Source: a virus (lineage: Duplodnaviria > Heunggongvirae > Uroviricota > Caudoviricetes). From it: 64,000 nt of DNA. Positions 12,035 to 23,405 of the stretch are shown one piece after another. Position 1 is the first letter of the stretch. Every line of letters starts with the position of its first letter. The translations under genes were made by a program, and so were the position numbers. Location: the IMG/VR virus record IMGVR_UViG_3300031344_000001; one strand, given 5' to 3'. The notes below the pieces were generated by a model. The model worked only from the letters and a program-made list of their open reading frames with translations, ran no database searches and was not told where the DNA came from.

Positions 12035-12211
12035 TCACGCGCCCTCCTGCGGGTGTGCTTCGAGCCAGCAGTCGTCGCAGTGCTCCGGCATGTCGTCAGC
12101 GTCGCCGCCGCCGCCGTAGCACCACGGCACGCGTCGGGCGCACCCCGCGCAACTGTACGTCCTCAAGATGCGCTTGCCGTCTTTGGACAGGCAGTAGCCG
12201 CACGTGCACAT
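12035..12211 (-). CDS. Small Cys-rich (Zn-ribbon) protein, 58 aa
   Basis: Below ORF-track cutoff: MCTCGYC...CAGC...WCYGG...HCDDCW; GTGA overlap with next gene. Confidence 0.55.
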   Translation of the reverse strand: MCTCGYCLSKDGKRILRTYSCAGCARRVPWCYGGGGDADDMPEHCDDCWLEAHPQEGA

Positions 12212-12310
12212 GACACCGTTGACCCGCGGTCTGCTGGCGTCAAGCGCGACGGCGGCCCTGGCCCTGTAAGCTGTAAGCGTCCCACACCTCCGTAGTGTCG
12301 AAGGCCCCCG

Positions 12311-12979
12311 TCACTCGGCGCTCTCGATCTTGAAACCTGCCGCGTTCTTGCGCGCGTTGCGCGCGGCGAACTCGCCCAAGGGCTTGCTGAGCACGCGGTG
12401 CACCTCGCGGCACTCCTCCTCGTCGGCCGACAGGCCAGCCGCCGCGGCGAGCGCGAGCGTCGTGACGGCGACGCCGCCCAATTCCTGCCCGATCTGGCCT
12501 GGCGGGCGCCCGAACACGTACGCGACGAGATCGTGCGCCATCGCCTCGTCGCCGCCGCACGCCTGGAACGCCTCGATCGCTTCCTCGAGCAGCCGCAGCC
12601 CGCGCTGCGGGAGGCTCGTCGCCTCGGCCTGCCCGAACGCAGCGGCGGCCCAGTTCGCGATCGACACTTGACGCTGGTCGCGCGAGTGGTGGCGCACGCC
12701 GGCGTGCGCGGCGGACGGCTCACGCGCGAAGGGCCGATCGACCGGGTCGCCGGCCCAAGCGTACGCTTCCTCGAAACGCCCCCAGATCTCGACGGCGTCG
12801 AGGTTGTCGCAGCCCACGAAGAGGCTCGTGATCGCCTGCTGTCCCGCGCGATGCCCGTGCGCGTACGCCAGCGCGACCAGGTCCTCGGTCGACAAAGGCT
12901 CCACACCCGTCGTAGCAGATCGCCGGATCTCCAGCCACCGGAGGCCGTCCGCGAACACGCGCATCGGTCGACTCGTCAT
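12311..12979 (-). CDS. MazG-like (all-alpha NTP pyrophosphatase) domain protein
   Basis: WAAAAFG...QRGLRLLEEAIEAFQA...VFGRPPGQIGQELGGV: EExxE...QE pattern of phage MazG-like proteins. Confidence 0.5.
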   Translation of the reverse strand: MTSRPMRVFADGLRWLEIRRSATTGVEPLSTEDLVALAYAHGHRAGQQAITSLFVGCDNLDAVEIWGRFEEAYAWAGDPVDRPFAREPSAAHAGVRHHSRDQRQVSIANWAAAAFGQAEATSLPQRGLRLLEEAIEAFQACGGDEAMAHDLVAYVFGRPPGQIGQELGGVAVTTLALAAAAGLSADEEECREVHRVLSKPLGEFAARNARKNAAGFKIESAE

Positions 12980-13734
12980 TGCAGCCTCCGTCGGACTTCG
13001 TCATAGAGCTTGATGTCGTAGTCACGTTCGGCGAAGGGGACGCCCTCGACGTCGGCCACGGTCACGAGGAGCGCGAGGGCTCCTCTTGCCGTCAAGGAAG
13101 CGTCGAATTCCCGCACTTTCTGGATAGCGAGTTCGAGCCCCAGACGCGCGCAGTTGATCGTCTCGTTCCAGATCACGGTGCGCAATCCTTCAACTCGCGA
13201 AGGGTCTTACGCCCGTGGTCGGTGACGCGCCACCCCATGCTGGTATGCTCGACGAGGTTGTCGCGCGAGAGGCTCTCGCGCGTCTGCCTGCGGAAGAGGG
13301 GCCCGTCGCCGCGCGCGATCGACTCCAGGCACTGGCGCTGCTGCCGGGACAACCTCAAGGTCCCTCCCACAGCACCGGCGTCACGTGCGGTCCAGCATGA
13401 CCTGCGCGGCCACGGCAGGACCGGCCCTCCCGATCGCGGGCCGTGCACGCCGTGCACGCGGACATCTCCGGTATGACTTGTGCGTCGAGCGCGCGCAGTT
13501 CATTGAGTAGGCGCCTCCGCAGATCGCGCCAACCAATCAGGAACGCAGCGCACTCGCGCGCCGTCCCGTCGAACGCGATCTGGCCACCACTGTCACTGCG
13601 CACGAGAGCGAACTGCGACTGCTCCTTGGCGCGGTCGAAGTCGACGCCGAGGGGGACCGCGTGCTCCGCGCGGCGAAGCTCGAAGCCGAGCGCCCGCGCG
13701 ACGTCGGCGAGCGCGTCCATCGTCGCCGGCGCGA

Positions 13735-14025
13735 TCACGAGAGCACCTCCTGGACCGACCCGATGCAGACGAGCCATGACGTCGACGCCGCGACCGGGCA
13801 CGGGGCGTAGTAGCCGGTCGTCGCGGGGTCGAGCTGACCGTCGACGAACTTGCGGACGACCGCATCCGCGCGGATCTCGGCGCGCACGGCCTCGGGAATA
13901 CTCCCCAGGTGGAGCACCGCCTCGACGGTCGACGCGCGCGCGGGGCCGACGATCGCGAAGCGCTGGGCGTCGCGCGTGCCCTCGGGGAAGTAGCGGACGG
14001 TGAAAACCCAGTGCTGCGCCTTCAC
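13735..14025 (-). CDS. Hypothetical protein (tandem paralog A)
   Basis: VKAQHW..VGPARASTVEAV..PEAVRAEIRA..VRKFVDGQLDP. Confidence 0.65.
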   Translation of the reverse strand: MKAQHWVFTVRYFPEGTRDAQRFAIVGPARASTVEAVLHLGSIPEAVRAEIRADAVVRKFVDGQLDPATTGYYAPCPVAASTSWLVCIGSVQEVLS

Positions 14026-14390
14026 GTCAGACCTCCGGACTGCTGGTCGACGATCACCCGCGTGACGAACGCGAAGTCGACCGACCACTCCACGAGCTGC
14101 GCATCGGGCGCGTCACTGACGTAGTGTCTGCCGCCCGTGTGGTGCGGGTACGCAGGGTCCGGGTCGAGCCTGCCTTCCACGAAGTTCCGCATGACGCCAC
14201 TCGCACGCACCTTCGCGCGGACCTCCTCGGGGGCGCCCAGCGCATTGAAAACGGCCTCGACGGTCGAGGCGGCGGCCGGTCCGACGACGGTCCGTCGGTG
14301 AAAATCCTCCGGGGCAGGATGACGCCGGTTCCCGGGACGCCCCCCGCTCGCCGCGTAGCGGAAGCTGACGGCCCAGTGCTGCACCTTCAC
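14022..14390 (-). CDS. Hypothetical protein (tandem paralog B)
   Basis: VKVQHW..VGPAAASTVEAV..PEEVRAKVRA..MRNFVEGRLDP. Confidence 0.65.
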   Translation of the reverse strand: MKVQHWAVSFRYAASGGRPGNRRHPAPEDFHRRTVVGPAAASTVEAVFNALGAPEEVRAKVRASGVMRNFVEGRLDPDPAYPHHTGGRHYVSDAPDAQLVEWSVDFAFVTRVIVDQQSGGLT

Positions 14391-15535
14391 GACGAACCGG
14401 CCTTCGCGGCCCGTGCCGCGTCGATCGCGTCGATCAGCCTCAGCTTCTCTTGGAGGATCCCCTTGCTGGAGAGGGGCTGCGAGGCCGCGTCCCGCCACGC
14501 GCACGCCGCGTCGAACACCGCCACCAGTTGCCCGACGAAGCCAAGTGCCCCGACAAGGTCGATCACGCGACCCCCGTCAACGTCAACGACGCCCTGTTCG
14601 CGACGCACGGCGCCGAGGTCGACGACACCCGCTTTGTAGCCGAAACAGAAGGCGATCTCTCGCATCGCCTGTAGCGGCGCGTTCTCGGTGCGCGTCATCA
14701 ACTCTGCGGCGCGCTTCTTCGCGTGCGCATCGAAGTCGTCGATGATCTTCTGAGTCGCCGGATCGAATTCGTGCGTCACGCTTGACCCCTCTCGCAGCTG
14801 TTGTCGGTGATCTGGACTACGCATCTTCAGGCTTCAGGCAGCGTCACGATGTCGACGAACGCCTGCATGGCGAGAATCTTTTGGGCGCGTGATCCCCTCT
14901 TGTCGAGGGGCGAACCCGTGAACAAGCCCGCGTCGATGAGGGTCTCCGCCGTGAAGGCCCCGTCCTTGACGAGCTCGCGCAGTGCCCGGAGAGACGGACG
15001 CACGTCAGGACGAAAAATCGCGATGCGGTCTTCGATGGTTCCTGCCATCGACGCGCGCGACGCCGGTCTCTTGCTCACGCCCGCCCCCTCTTGCGGCGGC
15101 CGTCGAGTTTCCACGCAGGCACGGCGCTGAAGGCGTCGTCGCGGTCGAACGCCTGCATGGTCGCGTCGTGCCGTCGCTGCGCGCTGGCGTCGTACCTCCG
15201 CAGCCATGCCTGGTACTGGCGCCGCTCGCGACGCCAACTCCGGATGTGGAGCGCGTGGACGCCGAAGACGACGACCGCGCCGACGAACCAGAGGAGACCG
15301 TCGATCTCGATCACGGCGCCTCCTTCACCAGTCTTGTGACCTCCTCGTGCATGACGAGGAGGTCAAACAGCGTCGGGAACAGCCTCTCTAGGGCAGTTCG
15401 AGATAGCGGGGACCACGCCCCCCGCGGATCGTCAACCAGCTCGCGCAACTCGCGGAGGCCCTCGGGTCGTGGCTTCCCGACCACGGCGCGGAGTGCCGCG
15501 CGGAGCTGCCCATAGTCCGTTGCATGCTTATCGGG

Positions 15536-15564
15536 TTGACACCACCAGCATCCGTAGCTAGTGT
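15536..15564 (+). promoter_or_regulatory. IS inward promoter
   Basis: TTGACA inside the left IR, 17 bp spacer, TAGTGT; AGGAG RBS before ATG 15587. Confidence 0.55.
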
Positions 15565-15586
15565 GTAGATATAGGAGATTTGAACC

Positions 15587-15847
15587 ATGACGAATCAAGC
15601 ACTTGCCTACCTCACCCCCGCGCTTGTCCGCGCGCTCACCTCGTGGAATCCGCTGGCGCGCACGGCCACGCTCCCGAACGGCACCAAGGTGCGCGAAATG
15701 TCGGAGTCGACCAGCGATAAGGTCTGGTACGTCGCCGTCCCCACGAAGAAGCGCGGCAAGCAGATCGACGCCGAGATCGTCGAGATCCTGACGACCCCGG
15801 AAGAGGACTTCGGCACGAAGCGTGGCGGCGGAAGGGAGCCCGCGTAA
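15587..15847 (+). CDS. IS passenger hypothetical protein 1
   Basis: Strong RBS (AGGAG), 86 aa, inside the IRs. Confidence 0.7.
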   Translation: MTNQALAYLTPALVRALTSWNPLARTATLPNGTKVREMSESTSDKVWYVAVPTKKRGKQIDAEIVEILTTPEEDFGTKRGGGREPA

Positions 15848-16048
15848 ATGCGCGTCACCTCGCTCAAGGCGGACGCCTCCGTGCCGCCGGGGCTCTCGGG
15901 GCGCGTCGTGCTCAGGCGCGACAACGGGCCGAATTCGAGCGCCTCTGAAATCGAGTGGTTCGACGCCGCCACGATCGAGTCCTCGGGCGGCTGGATCGTG
16001 CCCGAGACCGTCAACGGCTTCTACTACGTGCTGGAGACGGAGAGCTGA
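15848..16048 (+). CDS. IS passenger hypothetical protein 2
   Basis: ATG abuts the previous TAA; 66 aa; stop lies 3 bp before the transposase start. Confidence 0.65.
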   Translation: MRVTSLKADASVPPGLSGRVVLRRDNGPNSSASEIEWFDAATIESSGGWIVPETVNGFYYVLETES

Positions 16049-16051
16049 GGC

Positions 16052-17065
16052 GTGAACGGACTCGCCGACAAGTTTCCCGAGTCGCTGCCCGCGTTTCAGC
16101 GGATGTTTCCCGACGACGGCGCATGCGCCGCGTACCTCGAAGCCCTGCGCTGGCGCGATGGCTTCCAGTGCCCCAAGTGCGCGTCCACCGCCGCGCCGAT
16201 GCACCTCGGCCGACCCGGCGTCCTTCGCTGCAAGGCGTGCAAGCGCGACATCGCGCTGACCGCCGGCACCGTCATGGAGCGCACGCACATGCCCTTGTCG
16301 ACGTGGTTCTGGGCCGCGTTCCTCGTCGCCTCGCTCACGCCCGGCATGAGCGCCGTGCAGTTGCAGCGCCAGCTCGGGATCAAGAGCTACGAGACCGCGT
16401 TTCAGATTCTCCACAAGCTGCGCGCATCTATGGCCGTCACGAGTGGTCGCATCGGCATGCGCACGCACGTCGAGATCGACGAGACGTGGGTCGGTGGCCG
16501 GACGCGCGGCAAGGGCCGAGGCGTGCACGATCAGACCTGCGTGATCGGCGCCGTCGAGGTCAAGCAGCGCGTCACGAAGCCCGAGCGCGAGGACGGCAAG
16601 GGAAAGCCCCGGCGCGGCGGGCGCTATGCGGGCCGGCTGCGGCTCGCGGTCGTGCCGGACCGTACCGCCAAGACGCTCACCGGCTTCGTGCAAGAGGCTG
16701 TGGAGCCCGCTACGGAGATGGTGGTCACCGATGCCTGGCAGGGCTACGCGTCGCTTGCCAAGCTCGGGTACCAACACCTCGCGGTCGCCGAGCGCGGCGA
16801 GCCGGGCGTGGCCGAGGACTACCTGCCGATCGTGCACCTCATCTTCAGCAACTTGAAGGCGTGGCTCAACGGCGTGCATCACGGCGTGAGCCCCAAGCAC
16901 TTGCAGGCGTACTTGAACGAGTTTGTTTTCCGTTTCAACAGGCGGTTTTATCCCTTCAACGCGTTCCGCTCGCTGCTCGGCTTGAGCGCCGATTCGGAGT
17001 CGCCCACATACGCGGAGTTGTACGATGGAATTTGGCAGCATCCGACCACTACAGGCGTGTCTTAG
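16052..17065 (+). CDS. IS1595-family (ISXO2-like) DDE transposase
   Basis: Zn ribbon CPKC..CKAC; VEIDETWVGG; VVTDAWQGY; GVHHGVSPKHLQAYLNEFVFRFNRR. Confidence 0.95.
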   Translation: MNGLADKFPESLPAFQRMFPDDGACAAYLEALRWRDGFQCPKCASTAAPMHLGRPGVLRCKACKRDIALTAGTVMERTHMPLSTWFWAAFLVASLTPGMSAVQLQRQLGIKSYETAFQILHKLRASMAVTSGRIGMRTHVEIDETWVGGRTRGKGRGVHDQTCVIGAVEVKQRVTKPEREDGKGKPRRGGRYAGRLRLAVVPDRTAKTLTGFVQEAVEPATEMVVTDAWQGYASLAKLGYQHLAVAERGEPGVAEDYLPIVHLIFSNLKAWLNGVHHGVSPKHLQAYLNEFVFRFNRRFYPFNAFRSLLGLSADSESPTYAELYDGIWQHPTTTGVS

Positions 17066-19019
17066 TGGTGTTAACCCGACAAGCATGGTCCGTTGTGGGG
17101 AAGGACACCCAGCCCTGCTCCCCCTCCATGTCCTTGAAGGACGCCGCGTCGAGGTTGCCGATCTTGATCTTGCAGTCGAAAAGTTCCCGGTCATCCGCGC
17201 TGGGGTCCACATTCCGAGCGCTCGCGTCCAGGAGCGCGCGACGGATCTGGTCAAACGCACGCTCGAGCGAGGTGAAGGCGGCGGTAACCGCGTGCCCTCC
17301 CAAGTCCGGCCTCGCGAGCAGGTCCCTCACCTCTCTCGCGCGGCGATCGATCGCCTGCGCCCGGTATGCCGCGACACGAGTCCGAAAGTGCGCGTACCGC
17401 TCTTTCGCCTGTTCGGGCGTCCAGCGCGACCCCTCGCGGTTGTTCCCGCAGTCGCACGGCCCGCAGATGAGCGGGCCGCCCATGCTCGGCCTCGCGACGG
17501 GTTCACCGCAGAGCAGGCACGGGGGCACGCCGTCGATCTCGACCTCAAGCGCGGGGTACAGGAGTCCCTGGTCAATGGAGTACCTCACGGTCAGCTGTGC
17601 TCCTTCTGTGACGCGGCAGCGAACGCTTGCGCCACGCGGTCCGCGAACGCTTTGGCGAACCGGACGTCCCTACGCTTCCGCGAGTTCTGGCACGTGACGC
17701 GGTGCCAGGCGCGGCGCTCGTCGAGCGTCGTCTCGGCCCACAGGCTGTTCACGATCGTCATCTCGGGGGAGTCGTCCGCGAGCGGAAGACCCGTGTTGAC
17801 GTCCACCATCGCGGGACGGCAGCCCGCGCACTTGTCGTCGAAGTGATCTCTCACAGGACGTCCAATTCGCGCAGACATTCGTAACGACGCAGGCGCTCCA
17901 GCTCGTCGAGGATCGCGGGAAGTGCCGCCGCGATCTCGTGGGCATCACGTCCCGTGCCGTCGATGTAGTTCGCGAAGGCTGCGCGGACGCTTGCGGCACG
18001 TTCACGCATGAGGACCGTAGGATCAGCGGTCATAGCGATTGCAACTCGTTCCTGGTGGCGACCGGCGTCTCGCGGCGGATACCGGCCTGTCTGCCGTGCA
18101 GGTCGCACACAGCGACCAAATGGCCCTCAGCCGTCCGGGCAACCCACTCGGCGACGGCGCCGCAGTAGTACGGGCCCGACTGGATGTCGTCTCCCGTCTT
18201 CGTGCCGCACAGGTGAACCTCGTGGTCGTGCGTGGGACGGAACGTCAGCTTCAAGACGTCGACGGGCTTGCCGCCTGGGATGTAGTCGCGCATCCGTGCC
18301 CCAAGGTTTTCGGCCTCGGACTTCGTCATCACAGCTCGTTGTCCGTCGCGACCACGAGCGTCTGCCCGCTCACGCGGAGCACACGGTGGTCGACGTTGCC
18401 GTGGGCCTTCGCGCGGGCGTAGCGGAGCGCCACGTCCTCGTCCGCGAAGCACCGGACCACGACGCCCATGTCGTCCTCCAGGGCCCCGTTCTCGACGACG
18501 AGGAAGGTCTCCTTCATCGCGTCGAACTGGTCGAGAGCCTCCTTCTCGACCAGGGCTTCGAGCTTGATACCGTTCATGCCCAGGCCCCGCACGACGTCGG
18601 CGCCCTGGAACGTCTTCGGCAGTCTCTTCACGGTTCCTCCTCAGTGAACGAAAGCACGCTCGGGTGGTACGACAAGAACAAGTTGCGAATCACACCGAGT
18701 CCGTCGACGCGATGGTGCCCGCGCATCGGGTACTGGCAGTGCGCGCAGTGACCCTCACCGTGCACCGCGCCCCACTTGAAGCCCCCGAAAAGGCCCATGC
18801 CGAGGTAGCAACGCAGGCTCGTGCCACAGCACAGGCATCTGGCGTCGGTCAGCTTGGCGAAGCCTGCGAAGTAGGCGTCCCAGCGCGCCAGCTCTTGATC
18901 GGCCTCGGCACCAGCGTCTGCGTCCTTGGCGAAGTAGTCCGCCGCGCGCACCCGCGGGACCTCGCGTGCTTGCAAGGCGCCGAGAGCCTGCCGATCGAAC
19001 GTGCTGAAGACCTCCGTGC

Positions 19020-19406
19020 TCACCGGGCTGCCTTGATCGCCGCGAGCGCGGCCTCCGTCTTCTCCTTTAGCGTCTCGGTGGCGGTGACGTCGTCGAGCGA
19101 GAGCCCCTGCGCGAGCAGCTCGGCGACCACGGCCTCGGGGATCCGGAAGTAATAGTGGGCGTACGTGCAGTCGTACTCGTCGTCGTGGTCTCGGATGTAG
19201 AGCGAGTGCGCCGTGAGCACGACGTTGGGGTAGTCCTCGCGGTTGCCTCCGCCCGTGCGGCACAGCAGGTGGAAGACGTGCTGGTCGCCGTCCTTGCCGA
19301 ACGAGGCGTCACGGAAGCGGTCGACCTGCGCCGGGTCGATCCCCAGCGCGTGCAGGATCGGTCCCGCGTTCGAGTCGTGCCCGTGGAGGAGGTTGTAGAG
19401 GCTCAC
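19020..19406 (-). CDS. Conserved-looking phage hypothetical protein
   Basis: RFRD...RTGGGNREDY...DHDDEYDCTYAHYYF motif. Confidence 0.55.
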   Translation of the reverse strand: MSLYNLLHGHDSNAGPILHALGIDPAQVDRFRDASFGKDGDQHVFHLLCRTGGGNREDYPNVVLTAHSLYIRDHDDEYDCTYAHYYFRIPEAVVAELLAQGLSLDDVTATETLKEKTEAALAAIKAAR

Positions 19407-20623
19407 GGCTTCTCCTCGGGGAGCTTTCGCAACTGAAGTCCCGCGATGAAGAGGTCGCTCCCGTGGTCGGGACGGCACATCTTCAAGACCGTCGAGCGGT
19501 CGTCCGCCCCGACCAGGTAGACGCCGTCCTCGCGGACCTCGGGCTCCCACAGCTGCTCGGTGACGTGCTTGACGGGTCCTTGGTCTTGCTGCTCGCTCAC
19601 GATCGGCCCTCCTGCTCGGTCGCCCACTTCTTCGCAACGTCACGGATCTTCGCGTCGATCTTGGGGTCCTCGCTCAGGCACTGGAGGATGCCGATCGGCA
19701 CCTTGCCGTCCTCGCGCGGTGGGTCGAGGTGCCCTATCCGACAGAACAGGACGAAAGCTTCCAGCTCGCCACCGAGCAGCACGAGCGCGACGTCGAGCGG
19801 CGAAGCAGTGCTGTTCATGCCGATGATCCCGTCAACGATCGCCGCAAGACGCTCCTTCAACTCGTCCGGTGCCCACGACTCCAACCGCGCCGGATGCAGG
19901 TGCCCGAGCGAAGGGCTGTTCGCGACGCCTGCTTCCTCGCTCACGACGTCACCTCGCTGTAGGGACTACCGGTCCGCAAGAGGTTGTCGATCATCCACTC
20001 ATAGCTGTGGAAGCCGTCGCTCTTGGCCAGCTCCTCACCAGCCGGCATGATGCGCGCGGACACCTCGGCGACCCAGCCGTCACTCCAGCGGTGCGTCCAG
20101 CTGCGACGACACTCCACGAGGTCAGCGCCTCCCGGCGTACGGTCGAACAGCCTCGCTAGGTCCTCGTCGGACAGCTCGCGCACGACCGCGTAGTGCTTGC
20201 CCTCACCGGACCAGCCGCCGTCCCACGACGCGCGACTCGGCATCGAGAGCCTGAACTCGACGCGGTGAGACTGCGCCCTCGGCGCCACGGCGCCGCCGCC
20301 CGCCGCGACTTCTTCCATCACGGCGAGCACCGAGCAGTCCGGCTGGCAGTTCGCCCGGTGCACCTCGATCGCGGTCCGCAGGTCGTCGATCGGGACCTCG
20401 GTGCACATGGACCGCACCTTCACGAGCAGCCCGCTCGTCCGCGACGTTCGATCGGCTTCGAGCATGCGATCGACAGCCTGCTCCAACGGGTGCTTCATCG
20501 GCCGGGAGCCGTGTCCCACGCCGCTACCAGGAAACATGATCGGCTTCACGGGCGGTCCTTCGGACTCCCGGTCGTCCTCTCGAAGCTCGATCATGACGGC
20601 GGTCAGGTGTCGGCCACGGTCGA

Positions 20624-21112
20624 TCATCGCCACAGCTCCTTCTTGACCTGCTCCAGCATCCGCTCGCGCTCGCGCAGCGACACGACGTACCCATGGTCTG
20701 CGAGCAGGTCGCGCAGCGTGCGCACGAGGTGGTCACGGTCGCGGAAGATGCTCGGGTGCTCCCCAGTCGAGAGGCGCAGCCCCGCGATGAGCAGGGCGTC
20801 GAGCTTCTGCACAAACGCCTTCCCGGCAACCTCGTGCTCTTCAGCCGTCGGCCGTGCCGGTCCCCCCGTTTCGTCGACCGCCTCGAAGGCCGCGCGAAAC
20901 TCGTCGTCGTCGACAACAGAAACACACGCGGCCGTCGACATGATCCAAGCGCCGACGCGCGCACGTGTGCCGTTGAGCAGCACCAGTTGCTGAGTCTCCA
21001 TGGCGTAGCGGGCCTTATGCGGGGCAATCAGGTCGAGCACCGCTGCGGTGTCCTGATCCCCGTTCCACTGCACGGCGCGGAACGGAACACGCCTCTGGGC
21101 GTAGTGCTTCAC
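20624..21112 (-). CDS. Phage protein with 'RAVQWNG...VGAWI' N-terminal domain
   Basis: N-terminal domain paralogous to that of 38537..39160. Confidence 0.55.
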   Translation of the reverse strand: MKHYAQRRVPFRAVQWNGDQDTAAVLDLIAPHKARYAMETQQLVLLNGTRARVGAWIMSTAACVSVVDDDEFRAAFEAVDETGGPARPTAEEHEVAGKAFVQKLDALLIAGLRLSTGEHPSIFRDRDHLVRTLRDLLADHGYVVSLRERERMLEQVKKELWR

Positions 21113-21715
21113 GCGATCACCTCCGCGCGCGCTGCGTCCACGATCGCGCCGAGAAGGTCGGCGCGTGTCACGTCGTCCAAGCCGTCGACGCCGTAACCCC
21201 GCCGGCTGTTCAGCACCGATTCGACGAGCTTCGTCGCGAGCGACCTATCGACCACCTCCCCCTCGCGCGCCCGGTAGCCAGTCCGATAAGCTTGAACCAC
21301 CGCGTGCTCGAGGAGTTCGAGGAGGGTGCGCCGCTCTGAGTTGAGAGCGTTGGTGTCGACGTACAGCTTCACGATCTGCTTGCCCGTGTTCACGAGTTGG
21401 TCGTCAGTCTTCATCGTTTTGCCTCGTCGTCCTTTGTTGTTCCCGTCGGCGACGGTGACGGCGAGATCGCCTGACGGAGCGTGCGCGGCGTGCGTGCCAC
21501 GTTGCCATCCGCGTCCAGGAAGTAGAGGTGCGTTTTATAGTCCAACTCAATCGCTATCGTGAGCACGCACTCGGCGTTCTCGTCGACGATTCCTGGGGCC
21601 TTGCGCCTGATGCGCCATACGCCGTCCGCCTTGAGGAAGTACAGGTAGTCGGCGTCGCGCTGGACGCTCGTGCGAAAGAGCACTTCGTCGCCCTCTGTTT
21701 TTCCGCGGACGTCCG

Positions 21716-22126
21716 TCACATGCTCACCGTCGTGCCTTCCAGCGCTTCGGCCATCGTGTCGGCGAAGGTCACCAGCGGGTGGCGCACCCACGACCCGAGG
21801 GGCCGGAGCGAGGTCGGCTCGATGACCACGCCCGGCGAGACGACGCGGATCGGGACGCGGTGCGCGAGGGCGATCCCGACTTCGATCAGCGCGCCCTTGA
21901 GCGGGAAGTCCTCGGGCTCGACGTACAGCACCAGGCGCTCTGACCCGGCGATCTCCGCCTCGATGCGGACCCAGAGAGCCCCGAGGTCCGCCGACTCACC
22001 GACACCGGCCTCGTCGATCCACGTGGACGTGATCTTCCAGCCGTCGCGGTCGCGCAGCCGACGCCACGCCGCCGCGCGCTCGGGGAGGCTCGCACGCGAC
22101 GCGATGTAGGTCCCGACGCTCGTCAC
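21716..22126 (-). CDS. Nucleoside 2-deoxyribosyltransferase-like protein
   Basis: YIASR..ITSTWID..EIAGSERLVLY..GALIEVGIALAHRVPI: NDT/Rcl flavodoxin-like pattern with G-x3-E-x-G-x-A. Confidence 0.6.
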   Translation of the reverse strand: MTSVGTYIASRASLPERAAAWRRLRDRDGWKITSTWIDEAGVGESADLGALWVRIEAEIAGSERLVLYVEPEDFPLKGALIEVGIALAHRVPIRVVSPGVVIEPTSLRPLGSWVRHPLVTFADTMAEALEGTTVSM

Positions 22127-23405
22127 GCCGCCTCCGACGACGACGGGATCGGCGTCCCGCCCGGTCCGTGGAAGGCCCCCTCACCGCGCGCCGGCCCTTC
22201 CCACGCACCCTCCGGCAACCAGCTCGGCCGCGGGTGGCGCTGGACCGGGTTGTCGGACGCGCTCGCGTGCTCGGTCGCCGCGTAGACCACGGCCTCGACG
22301 CGGCGGCGGAGGTCCCAGTCGGCGACCTGCTCGATCGTCGCGTGGTAGCCGACGAGCGCGAGGAGGTCGACCACCTCCGAGACGAGCGCGCCAGGCTCAC
22401 CGGCCGCGAGACGCGCGAAGTGGTCCTTGAGCACGCGACGGTACGCGGCGCCGAAACCGCGAGGCACGCGCCAGTTCTCGTCGAGCACCCGCACCTGCGT
22501 AGTGCGCCCTTTCGTCACGCTCTTCCCCACTAGTCACCCCCGCAGTGCGAGCAATCAAGGCACGCGGCGCCGCTGCGGTCCGAGTAAGAACGGCTTCCCG
22601 CGTGGTCGCACAACGAATGGTTCGTCTGCGAGAGCACCCGCACCATCCCGAGGATGGCGTTCGCCTCGACGGCCGCGGCGCGCAACAGCTCACGGTTCGC
22701 CTTGATCGTCGCGTGGTCGCGGGACGCGCGGAAGTTCGCCGCGAGCTCCCCGCAGCTAACAGCGTCAATGAATGCCTTCGTCACGGACGCTCCTCGTCGA
22801 ACTGCTCCCACACCGCGCCGAGGCCACCACACTCGTGGCATCCGCCACCGAGATGGCACTGGAGCTGCGTGCTGAATGGTCCCGTCGGGTGGCCCTCATC
22901 GGTCTCGTGGCATCCGGTGCACGCCCTCCACATGCCGTGCGCGAACACCGCAGGATCGATCGTGATCTCTGCGAGCATCACGGGACGCCCGCCTTCTTGA
23001 GTTCCTTCAGGTCGAAGGCGGAGACCCCGGCCGCGCGCGCGGCTTGGAGCGTAAGCCCACTGGTGCGAGCCGCCTCGCACACGCCCGTACTGTCCCCGTG
23101 GCCACGGTGCATCTCCGCGAGGGCAACGGCGTAGCCGCTCACCCAGCTGTCGCGCTCGCCGCGTTGGACACCGCGGTTGCGACGAGGCTTCCGACGCCCG
23201 ACGTTCAGCTTCGCCAAGATGCAGTCGCCGAGGCGGTACGGGTGCGTCGAGGTCGAGTCATACGCGGCGGCGACGTCCGCGGCGGCAACGACACCGCGCC
23301 GGAATTCGCTGAGCTTCACGAGGGCGAGCATCTCGGCGAACATGCGATCTTGCCCGTCGAGCTTCCCGGCCACGACGGCAACCTCCTTCCGTTCGTCGCG
23401 CTTCT

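Larger units (their letters stand above)
832..15314 (-). other. Block of small, translationally coupled phage-like hypothetical genes
   Basis: Consecutive minus-strand ORFs with overlapping stop/start codons; many CxxC motifs. Confidence 0.75.
15523..17087 (+). mobile_element. IS1595-family insertion sequence with two passenger genes (1565 bp)
   Basis: 23-bp terminal IRs CATGCTTATCGGGTTGACACCAC (15523-15545) and GTGGTGTTAACCCGACAAGCATG (17065-17087), 2 mismatches; 8-bp TSD GTCCGTTG at 15515-15522 and 17088-17095. Confidence 0.95.
15311..17588 (-). pseudogene. Phage gene (234 aa when rejoined) interrupted by the IS
   Basis: Removing the IS plus one TSD copy joins 17588..17088 (...VSFPTTD) in frame with 15514..15311 (YGQLRAAL...KEAP*). 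Confidence 0.85.

Noticed and set aside
15311-17260. 649-aa antisense ORF spanning the whole IS and fused to the disrupted gene's C-terminus
   Set aside because: Mostly the reverse-frame shadow of the GC-rich transposase operon. It is out of frame with the disrupted gene's N-terminus (1573-bp insertion), so it does not restore the gene
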